Source: Amphiscolops sp. MND2022
Taxonomy: Eukaryota
Direction of reading: 5' to 3'
Length of the DNA stretch: 64,000 nucleotides
Assembly: GCA_964187785.1 (NCBI GenBank)
Contig: OZ076413.1
Span: 44,084,001-44,148,000, forward strand
Positions within the stretch are counted from its first letter, which is position 1; each line of letters begins with the position of its first letter. Made by a program: the position numbers and the translations under genes. The notes beneath the pieces were generated by a model. It had not been told where the DNA came from and searched no databases. It was given only the letters and a program-made list of their open reading frames with translations. Positions 33,501 to 44,500 of the stretch are shown piece after piece.

Positions 33501-36500
33501 AGGGTATTACGCAATTAATTACGTATTCTTCGTCGTAATTCTCAATTGGCTCCGGCTTTGAAATCGGGTTTCTACTCAAATAATCCGTCAATTTCAGATG
33601 CTTGCCAGCAATGTGCTTTATGTTTATATCAAAGTGTGCTAATTGATCCAACCATCTTGGTAATCTTGCGCTATAAGTTTTATTTGATCTGTTTCGTTTA
33701 ATTAGTGGTTCCAGCGCTTGGTGATCGGTTAGTAACTCAATTGGTTTTCCATAAACATATAAGCGAAAAAGCTCCAGTCCCCACACTACTGCTAGTAGCT
33801 TTAGCTCGTTTATCGCATATTTTTTCTCGGTGGCCGATAAAAATCTGCTTGCAAAGCCAACCGGTTTCAGATTTCCGTCTTTTTGTTTTTGCCACAGTGT
33901 AGCGCCTAGTCCCTTTGTACTTGCGTCGGTTGTTAGGATATTTTCTTTATTCGAGTTGTAGTGCGCTAGACATGGCGATTGGGTGATTAATTTCTTTAAA
34001 TTGTTGAACGCTTCTGTGTGTTCTTCTGTCCAGATCCATTCGTTCTGTTTTTTCAGTAGTTTTCTGAGTATATCTGTCTGTGCTGATAGATTTTTGATGT
34101 ACTTTGACAGATATTGTATTGCTCCCAGGAAGGATTTTAGTTCTTTTTCGTATTTTGGTATGTTTATTTTTGTTATCGCTTCCAATTTGTCTTGTAGTGG
34201 TCTGATGCCGTCTTGGTTTATTTGGTGTCCCACTCATTCAGCCTCTTTCTTGAAAAATTCGCATTTCTTCGGGTGTAGTCTATATCCTGCTTCGTCTAAT
34301 TTTTTCATTGTTTCTTTTACTTCCGACTCGTGTTTCTCTATTGTTCCTTTGGCTACAATTATGATGTCATCTAGCCAAGCAGGGTGTTTGAATTCCAGTC
34401 TTCTGTCTATCCGTTCCTGGAAAATTGTTGGGATGTCCGCCAGTCCGTAAAAGTTTTTCAAGAAACGGTAGTATCCCGTAAATTCTCCGCCTGTAACGGT
34501 GAAAATACATCGATTTCTTGTATTTTTGTTCAATTTGATTTGACCGTAAGCATAATCGAAATCTAATTTTGTTATCCATATTTCTCCTTCTTGTTCTTCC
34601 GATATCTTCCGTGATATTCTGGATATTAGCTCTTCCATGTTCGGCATTTGTGCTTTCTTTTTAATTGTTGCTTCGTTTAATTTTCTTGAATCCAGTGAAA
34701 TTTTTATTGATTTGTCTTTCTTCACTGTGATGACTGCCGGGCTCACGAAACAATCTTCGGTTATTTCTGTGGCCCTTTCCAAGTATCCGTTTTTGATTAG
34801 TCTTTTTATTTCTTCCGCTACTTGATTTTGAAGGTGAATTGGTACTGGTCTTCCCTTTTGTTGTATAATTTTTGCGTCTTCTTTCAGGTCGATTTTTACT
34901 TCCAAGTCTTTTATTTCCGTGTTGTTGTAAAACAGATCTTTAAATTCGTTTTTCAGTTTGAGGATCTTCTTTTCGGTTTCGTCCATTTTGATGTTGTGTA
35001 TTTTGATATCGTCGGTTGTTGTGTTTACTGTTATTCCAAGCCGTTTCATCCAATCTAGTCCCATTAACGGTGTAATGTTTGTTTTTGTAATTAATAGTGG
35101 CAGCTGAAGTGTTGTACTGTTGGTTTTCACCAGTGCTTTTGTTTGTCCCAGGAAATCGATCATGTTGTCGTTTACGTCTTTGTAATTGGTTTTGAGTTCT
35201 TCCACTTCAGTAATGTAATTTTGTTAAATAAGCGTTGTGGTATCAAAGTTACTGGGGACCCGCTGTCTATTATAAATTTTATTGGTGCGTTGTTAACCAA
35301 TAGTGTTGCGTGTAGATACTCTCCGTTCTTTTTGTTGTTGTTTATTCTTTGTATTTTATTGTAGTCCCAGTTGTCTTCTTCTGCTGATGATGATACTTTA
35401 TCCACATGTTGTAATCTTTTTGGAAGTCTACACATTTTTTCGTAATGCCCCCTCTTTTTGCAATTTCGGCAATCTACCGATTTGGCTGGGCATATGTGTT
35501 GTCTGGACCAGTTAGGTGCTCCGCATTGTCCGCACCGGTTATCTTTGTATCTTGGTTTTTGATACTCCGGTCGTTTTTTGTTTTTGTCGTAACTGGTCTT
35601 CTCTGACCATTTTCTTTTTCTCGGCCTTTCCTGTACATGTTTTATGTTCCTTCCGTCATTGGAATTGTTTGAGTCGTTTAACCGGTCATACATATATTCA
35701 TGTATTAGATCGGTTATCGTTTCAATGGTCATGTTACTTTTCCGGATTTTCTTTTTGAGTTCGTAGTCTCCCGTTGATCTTCCGATTAAAGATAGGAATT
35801 TCGATGCGATACGTTCGGCTGGGGTAACGTTGTCAAATTCGCAGTTTTTCTCGGTCTGCAATATTCGTGTCCAAACGTCTTCAGCCGTCTCATTCGGTTC
35901 TCTCGTTATTCCGAAAAAATCTGCCCGGCTGTGGAATGTGTTTCTTTCTGGTATGAAGTGGAGGCGGAATAATATGTAGAGTTGGTTGATGTTCATTTTG
36001 TTTGGATCGTTGTCTCTCACCGTTTTTGTCATTTCTGTAACGGCTTCTTCTCCCAATGTCCAGATAAAAATGTCTTTTATTTTTATCTCCAGTTCTACTC
36101 GATATTCTTCCAATATCTTTTTGTCTGTTGTCCTTGTATTCAAGTCTATTTTCTGGGTCATTATGACATACTGAGTAAATCGTCGCCACCATAGTTTCGC
36201 TTCTTGTATGGTTTTCTTCTCGAATATTGGTAGTGTTATTTTTTGGTGTGTTGTTGTCCGTCCTTTTTTGTCTCCAGATTCTTCACTTGAAGAGTTTCTG
36301 CTATTGGATTCCGCGGAGTTGTTTTCGTTCTTTTGACTAATTTTAACTGCGCCATGTTGTATACCAATGGAATAAAGAAGTTTGGGAATGTAATACTGTA
36401 TTGTACGTAAGATCAAGTTATAGTGTCCACTATATCGTACTACAGATGACATTAAAGTTACTAGCAGGTATGTTATGTAATTAACATAAAAGGTCATAGA

Positions 36501-36559
36501 GTAAGTAAGAATTATGTAACATTGCGTTACTATTGACCTTCAACTGTATTCATGTCACA
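30560..36559 (-). mobile_element. Full-length Ty3/Gypsy LTR retrotransposon with premature stops (element D, Mag-like)
   Basis: 205-bp LTRs at 30560-30764 and 36355-36559 (2 visible mismatches). TSD GTGCA at 30555-30559 and 36560-36564. PBS TGGCGCAGT; PPT AGGGGGGAA at 30765-30773. Confidence 0.97.
31040..36497 (-). pseudogene. gag-pol of element D, originally a single ORF, now with two frameshifts and four in-frame TGA stops
   Basis: Motifs CRNCKKRGHYEKMC, IIDSGSP, PAWLDDIII, TTDASTKG..LTDHQAL, LHKGH..FWWP and LDFIG..TDKG..VER. ORF pieces 35205-34234, 34233-33397, 33393-33094 and 33078-31528 are all in one frame. Confidence 0.93.
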
Positions 36560-38565
36560 GTGCAATTGGCCGACGCGATTAAATACGGTTCGATATCAGT
36601 GAAAATATACTCAATTTTGCAACTATAATTCGCATCGCATTAAAATTAGATGTGTATCAAAACAGTATTGGTAAACTCGGTTATTATTTTTCATTCGAAC
36701 GGATATCAAAAATGAAATGATTTTGAATCAAGATCAGCTCCATTTTTTGATTGCTATGAAAACCTAACTTCATTCTTTCAGATTTATATACACCACTTTA
36801 GGGCGAATTCCGCTATCGTGAACTAATTTTGTCGGCCTGTTGCACAGTCGGTCAATAGCGTCGTCGACCGATTGACTTAGCACCGGTGAGATGCAGTGAT
36901 GTTCAAAAGGTAATCGGTATTACGATTAGTCGAGTAATTGCTGATCGAATAATCGATCGGAATGAAAATTCAACAAATAATTATTGATCGAAACTATTCA
37001 ATCAATCAACGATTATTTGGAGTGTATTTTAACGTGCATTTCGAAACTTATTCCACGAGTACACTTAATTTTCACTTTTTTCCTTTGCGGATTCTGTTTA
37101 CACTGTCTTTTAACATCATGTTTTCAGTTCTAATCTGAATATAAACCAAAAGCTTTGGGACCCAACTGGGATCATTTTGACTGTTTTACACCATTTACTA
37201 ACTACGCCTTTTGACTGGAATTCACCGCGTTCACATTACACTTTGCTGCACCACTACACTAATGGATTACCACAGTCTTTGACAAATTTACAGTGATTGA
37301 CTATTTTACCCAAAAAACTATTTACACCAAGTGATCACTTTCCACTTTTGCGGGACATGTATCGTAATGATCTCTCTCACTATATCCCTCCTACAGCACA
37401 AAGGGGGGACATAGTGAAACGCTATTGAATACATGTATTGCCATTCTAATAGCGCAGATCTGCTCTTATCTAACAACGCTTCTGATTGGCTGAGTGGGGA
37501 TTTTGATAATAAGAACCAATAAAAAGTGCCGTTAGTTATGACGAGATCAATTGATTGACAGAATAGCATGTGAGATTAGCCAATAGGAGATAAATATAAA
37601 TGAGCCACAAACATTCTTTCTCTCTAGGGGGGACATAGTGTAACGAGTGATATAGGGGGGGCATAGTGAAAGAGATCGCAAAACTGTCCAAATGGCAGTC
37701 AATAGTGTATCAAAATGAGTTAATTTTGATGAAAATAACCTTTTCGCCTGATGTTTTCAATTCCAAAAAATAGCCACTTAATCGGTTATTTGATAGATTC
37801 AGAGACCAAATATCGAATAATTGATTTATTGCGAAAAACCGATTTACTTTTTGAGAAACATTAAGCATTAAGTTGTGAAGTGATCAAGCACAGATTTTTT
37901 TGTCAATCCAAGATCTTTTCACTTGGTATACAAAAAGGCACCGATGAATTTCCCAGAGAAACGATGTGGCATGCTGAAGTAGAATAAAACGGAGCTCGAA
38001 TGAGAGATCAATTATCAATTAAATTATAAAGACACGGAATCAAATTGGAATCGCAATTGACAATTACTGAAATTGAGAAGAAATAGTAATTATAATTAAG
38101 CAATATTAACGAATAAAATAAATCATCTAAAGAAGTTATCTTTGGTTAGACAAAATAAAGTTGATTGAAGAAAGTGTTGGTGGAATTGTCGTTGGAGTTG
38201 TACCACATGATCTAAAAAAATGTAGTATTTAGAGTTGAATGTATTCAATCAGGCGAGAAAGATGTTTTCAATAAAATTTTGAGGATCAAAAAGTCAAAAT
38301 ATCAAAATTGTTTAGGATTGAACGCTAACTTTTTCATTTTATAACATAAACAATGTTCTCAATGCAGGAGCAAAGACTTGAGTTACCGTTGTTTGACTAA
38401 TGACAGATTTCAGCGAAGCCGGACGTTTGACTATAGTCGTGTTTTTGACTGACTTGTTTTTTTAAACTTATTATTCCATCCTAAGTTACTTCGTTCATTC
38501 TTTTTTTCAGTTTTTCGATAGTTTCTTTCCTCCTTAATGTCAAAAACATTAAATCAGAAACCTGA

Positions 38566-41500
38566 TCATCCAAACCGCGACGTCGAAAGGTTAGGAAAAC
38601 TACGATATGACGGTGACGTCGAAAGGTTAGGAAAACTACCATATGACATTTTTACGCGACTTAAGGAACGTTTTTGAGACTTATCGTGAATATTCTCGGT
38701 CAAGTTTTTGTAACAGTTGAGCGAGAAAAACAAAATGATAAAAGACTCAGGATGAAGTAAAATCCAATTAATTTGGAAATAAGTGTCAAAATCTAATTCG
38801 AGGTTGCTTTGGTCGCTGAAATTGGTGTGTACGGTTTGATATATACTCGGGTCATTCATAACCTACATGAAAATATATGCAACAAACTACATGACCTTAG
38901 TTATAAATTAGCGGATAATATGAAAGAGGGTCAGGGATAGGGATAGGGGTAGTTGTAGCCTTGTTACCTGGGCGTTGATTTGATTGACGAGGGAGGAGTG
39001 TTGTTGAATGCAGCATTTGCAGCCCTTGGAGATGAAGAGCTTGAGTAGCTGGGAAAAGTCCTGTAGGTCACTCGTCTGGGTGATGAAGCGAGAGTACCCC
39101 CTCAGAAACTGGGAGCAGAAACCCTCGTTGCTGGCTGCCAGTCTGTACAGAAATCTGCAAACAAAACGAAAAAAAACATTGTATCCTTGTGATCGCTGGT
39201 TCATTAATTCAAACAAAGTGGAGTTTCAGAAGTTCAGTTCAGGTTGCTTTTCAGAAAACATACATATGGGTTTCTATTAAACAACTGTCAACAATTAAGT
39301 AGTGCTAATCGTTTTGTTTTTATTTAGAGCGTGTGCTCTTTCACATGGATTGATCCTTGGAAACGTAGAAAATCATCGATGTTCATTTGAAATGCAGAGT
39401 CATTGATGATCTCAATTTCAGTAAAAAACAACTTTTACAGTTTTTATCAAAATAAGTGGAGGTGTCCTGATTACTTCGGATAGCTCGATTGTTAATCAAT
39501 GATGGAGAAACTCTTCTTTCCTTGCCAAACATTTTCAGTCCAATATTTGAAAACTAGAGATCCCAACTATGAGAAAAAGCAATTACTAAATATTTCCTTC
39601 AAATCAAGATTCAAATCAATGTACCTGATCCAAATCAATAAAAGACATGTGTTGGTACATTGATTTGTATTCGTCTTGGGCAATCGATTGGCCATTGCTC
39701 AATTTGGACTAATCGTCTTCAGAATTCTTCGAGGGTATCATCTTCTGTCTGTTTTGTCCAAAAGATCTCTCCTCGATTGTGGTAGGTATTGCGTTTTGGA
39801 AAGTAGACCGAAACTCGGTAGAGGTCAGGACAGACCAACCGTATGAAAGAAATGACGTCAAAATGTCAGCAAATGCCACCGAGTCAAAAGTCGGTGACAT
39901 TTGCGGTGATAATGCCCAATTATAGTCAATAAAGCCAATGGCCAGTTGATGTCTTATGTACCAACAGATCAATTAGTGCTTTTTGGAAAACGACAACTTT
40001 AGCTCAATTTGATTTCTACCCAAATTTGGGACCGAAACAATCGGTTTTCAGGGGCTGAAATGTCCGAGATTTGGGACTGGACTAAAATGTATGTTCATGA
40101 GTGACCTATTATCTGTACACGAGATTGAATTTTACGATCAATGTCTGTCACAATCCGATGTGAAGTACATATAAGCTGAAGTATTTGTGTACACAAGGTT
40201 GAAAAATCTAATTCTTGAAAATATCTTGCAAGACGTCCTGCAAGATCTTGCAAGTCAATGCATTATTCTTGCAAATTGTCTTGCAAGATTCTTGCAAGAT
40301 TTTTGTAAGAAATGATTTGACATTGTGTTATACTTGCTAGGAAAGTGTCGACCTTTCAATATTTTACAGATAGTAGGGTAGAACTTCTTCCGGATTTTTA
40401 TTACTCGTATCCGAATATGGTGAAATTTGACCAGCTGATGAACACCGTGAATTCTGATTTACTCAAAAAACTTTCCGCCCTTTGCGGTATCATCTGTAAA
40501 GCTTATACATCTAGTACTAGCTAATCATCATTCTCTTTACTGTTTGTAATTTGTACGCCCTCGGGCAACAAATTAATAAATTATTCATTCATTCATTCAT
40601 TCATTCATTCATTCATTCATTCATTCATTCATTCATTCAAGACATTTGCATGCTTCAACTGAGAATTCGAGGTGCCCAAAAATTTTTTCGTTCCATTGAA
40701 CATCGCCATTAATAAACCTCCACAAGTCCCTATGCTCTATTACCAAAAAGTCGATTCCAGACATTTTCATTCAAAATGTTTTAAACAAACAACTTTTAGA
40801 AGACAAAAATCTGACTTCACTCACCTCAGTTTTGTCAATTTAATATTGACTTAAAGGAGACAGCCAGATAGATACAGCCAGAGTCTCACTTCTTAAATTG
40901 CGAAGGACCCAAAAATGTAAACTCTAGAAAAAATAAATCTCTAGAAGTGTGATTTTAGTATTGCGCCCTAAAAGCCTAGTTTTTGTAGAAAAAAAACGAC
41001 ATTTGAAACTCAGGTTTGATGTAGTACATTGGAAAACGTACATTGGAAAACTTTTATCATATACACGATGGAGATTTTGAAATTAGGCCGAACGAACCTA
41101 AATTGATCAAAGGCGTACAATTTTTAGAAAAAATTGCAAAAACAAGAGAAAAATAATCTTTTTCGACAATTGGTGAAGCTGTTGACTACGTTATCATAAC
41201 TAATTTGTCGTCTTGCAAGATTTGCATGGTCTTGCAAGATTCTTGCAAGACTGGTATTCTAATTTATCATCTTGCAAGACTGGCATCGGCTTGCAAGAAG
41301 CATCCAAGAGTACTATGTTTTGTGAGATACTTGCAAGATAAGTGCAAGATTTCATTTTTTAAAAATACTAGGGTAGTACTCACGAGTTGATATTAGCACC
41401 ATTCGATTGGAGGAGATAGTGGGCGGTGACCATCCACCCATCTGAGAATTGGACTGCCCCTGTCAGCATCTGCAACACCTCCTCCAGACTGTACTGACTG

Positions 41501-44500
41501 GCATTCACACTCTTCAGAAGACTGGAAACGACAAAACACTCATTTATTGTTATTGCACTGTAGAAAAACCACATCAAAATTTTGCATGATGCATGCTTAT
41601 TTTGGGTATATCTGGCCTTTTTTATCGCAAAAGGAACAAGCCTTGGAAGCGTCACAAATTAACGAATTCAAAGAACTTTTAACTAACACAACCTGAAGGG
41701 GGCTTACATTCAAATTTCATGTACAAAGGCGTAATGTTTTTAGAAACGGAAAAAACGGATATGCTCCGAGACTCTATGGGAATGATTTCTATCATTTGGA
41801 TGGAATTAAGATTTTATTGATGATCGTAAATGCCGAATCAACCCTTAGTTTCAAAAAAACGGTGGAGTTGAGCATTTTTGTTGGTGACCTCTTGACCTGA
41901 CCTACCTCGTGACCTGATTGGGGTTCTGGGCCAGTCCCCTGAGGAGGGGTAGACGCACATTCCTGGCGTGTCTAGGGGTGGAGAGGAACACGTGATGCAA
42001 TTCTGTCCACCTGATTGAGTCACAGAAAGAGGCGGCAGCTATCACTTGACTGCTCCTGTCCCGCAGGAAATTCAACATCCAGCTGCAACGAGAACTAGCT
42101 CTACAATCTTGTTATTCAGCTATTGAAAGTTGGAACAATGAGTATTTGAGCTTTATTCGGTTGAAATATCTAATGTATGATATCTTCAGGCAGTTATTTT
42201 TTGAAGTACCGAAATGGCATTTTGAAGCTATAAACAATGGCTTTAGCCAACTTCATTTTCGCGGGATTGAAAAACATCCTTTGTGTTTTTCGGCACTGTA
42301 CAACTTTGTTGCAATTTCTTTCCAACCAAATAGTCTCCAGGGCGGCAGATTACAACTAACTACTTCTTCTGTATCTTTTCAAATTGAATCATAATGGAAA
42401 CTGTATCATTATTCAAGGTATGTAATGATACATAAGACACGAACATCTAAAGTCGGTGCCCCGGCAAGTACTCAAAATTTGTTCAGGAATTTCTCAGAAA
42501 AAAAACTGCGACTCTCAGAGTTCCGAAAAGTACACAAATGGTTCTTTCGGGCCCAAATTGCGTATTTCTCCAACTGTAATTATTCCAAAAATGAAATTTG
42601 GTTAGATTTTTTGGAAACAAAACTGCTCTCGAAAATGTTGCACATTGCCAAAAGTCAAAAGCGGCACTTTGACCCCGTCTAGATTTAGAAAGATGTGAAA
42701 AATGTTTTCAGTTCGCGCGAGATTCGAACCCACAACCTCCTGCTTGCACAGCAGGCATCCTTCTTGGTTTGTTTTGAGAAACAGAGTTTGTGTCAATCAG
42801 AGGATGCCATTTCCAAAGCCTAATAAACTTCTGAAGAAGAAAGGTAAGTCTATAGAGTTGGTTCGAGTGGAGATTACTTGTGGAATGAGGGTGGGTTGGA
42901 GTTGTATCTGAACTGCTGGGTGATGGTGTCCAGTAAGGCATTGGAGTTGGTGATGCACTGGGGGTCGCTGTAGTAGCACGCCTTCTCCACCACCGCAGGC
43001 GAACACCTGGTGCTGAGCAACACAACACAAAATATTAGACAGCTCAAACGATGTTTTAGAAACTTCTCAATTGCTCGTTCAATGTGAATTCATTCACGCA
43101 CTTAAAGCTCGTTCAATGTGAATTTTTTAAGGAAATTCATTCACGCACTTGAACATTATTGAAAGTTTTGTTTTTTTTTTAATAAACGAAACTTGATTAC
43201 ATCGAAGAATCGATTTGTTACATTCGAAAAGCTTGGTTCCTTGATTGGACATGTGTTCTCTCAGAAACGATACTTGATTCTATGTTTTGTTATTAGATGC
43301 ATAAACCGTTCCATTCATAAACGCTAAAGATCATGAAAGATGCAGCTAGTTGTCCGTGAGCAAAGAATTTTTTTTTTGATCCTCACAGCACTGACAAGCC
43401 TACGAATCGTAATAGGAATAAGAGTTAAGAAGGAGAAGAAGAAGTGATCGTACTGCTATTTTCATGGAGGGACAACCCGGGTATCCACAGAAGATGAAAG
43501 GAAGTATTCCTGAGCGCAGGAGGCGCAACATACGATTTGGAGGTACCAATTTCAATACCCATTCACCCAGTCTTTCAAGCGCTTGGACTTATGGTAGTCA
43601 AAGATCTTTTTCGGAGGTACAAATAGCGATCAATTTACTCACTTTCTTAAACAGAACATAATTTGAAAAAATTGTCACTTAACTAACCTGAGCCAATTTG
43701 AACTCTCGTTAGAATCTGAACATTTAGACTCGTATTGTGAACTCCAAATTGCGACAAAGAATTTCTGAAAAAGCATGAAAAAAGTAGAAAAACATTGTCT
43801 AATTTGAAGACTAGTAGCAAACTGAAGTTACAAAGATAGATAATGGAACTTACTCTGAGAAAGAACGGGTATCGTAGCTCAAATCTTTCTAATATGAATG
43901 ACGTCACTTCGCCCACTAGTTCAATGACCTTTAAGGAGGTCTCGTTTTTGCTGTAGAGGACTAGATTTAGAACCGCAGAAGCGTTGGCAAGATTTAATCT
44001 ACAACAAAAATTAGTTTTGCAAAAAAATCAGGCTTTGAAGTGAATGAAAATATTAAAAAACAAGTTACTTTGTGAGAGTGAAGTAGCTCCGAAGAAGCGA
44101 ATATCTCTGCAACTCCGGGATTCGCTGAAAAACAGAAATCAAAACTAACATTCGAAAACTATTTGTATCGTATCATTAGTTCTAATATCTCAACTTACTT
44201 GAAGCACGACATGCACGGAGATCGAAAAGAATGTACAATAGGCTGCGATTCTGATCATAGACTGAACAAATCTTGAAAAAATCTCTCTGCGATGATTTTG
44301 ACAATTGGGAGATAAGAACTTTCAGATGAAATTTTTCTGACAAACCTGAGAACGAAACTTGTGTGACACTATAACATTTTTTTAGAATACCAATGCTATT
44401 CAGTGAAGCTACCTTGATCTTGAGGCTCTCAATTTACCATATGCTGATAAATGGACTCTACGTTGCATGTTGGAAAACAAAACTGTTTTCATGAGCATTT

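Noticed and set aside
31528..35205. Alternative genetic code (TGA = Trp)
   Set aside because: TGA terminates element C gag and the predicted host exons, TGG is used normally for Trp, and transitions explain the stops.
37395..37675. GGGGGACATAGTG repeats as a regulatory array
   Set aside because: Only three dispersed copies, most likely subterminal repeats of a decayed DNA transposon; ends are not definable.
40200..41375. Complete TIR element built on CTTGCAAG subterminal repeats
   Set aside because: A right end (..CTAGGG-TA) is visible but no matching left terminus was found, so boundaries cannot be supported.
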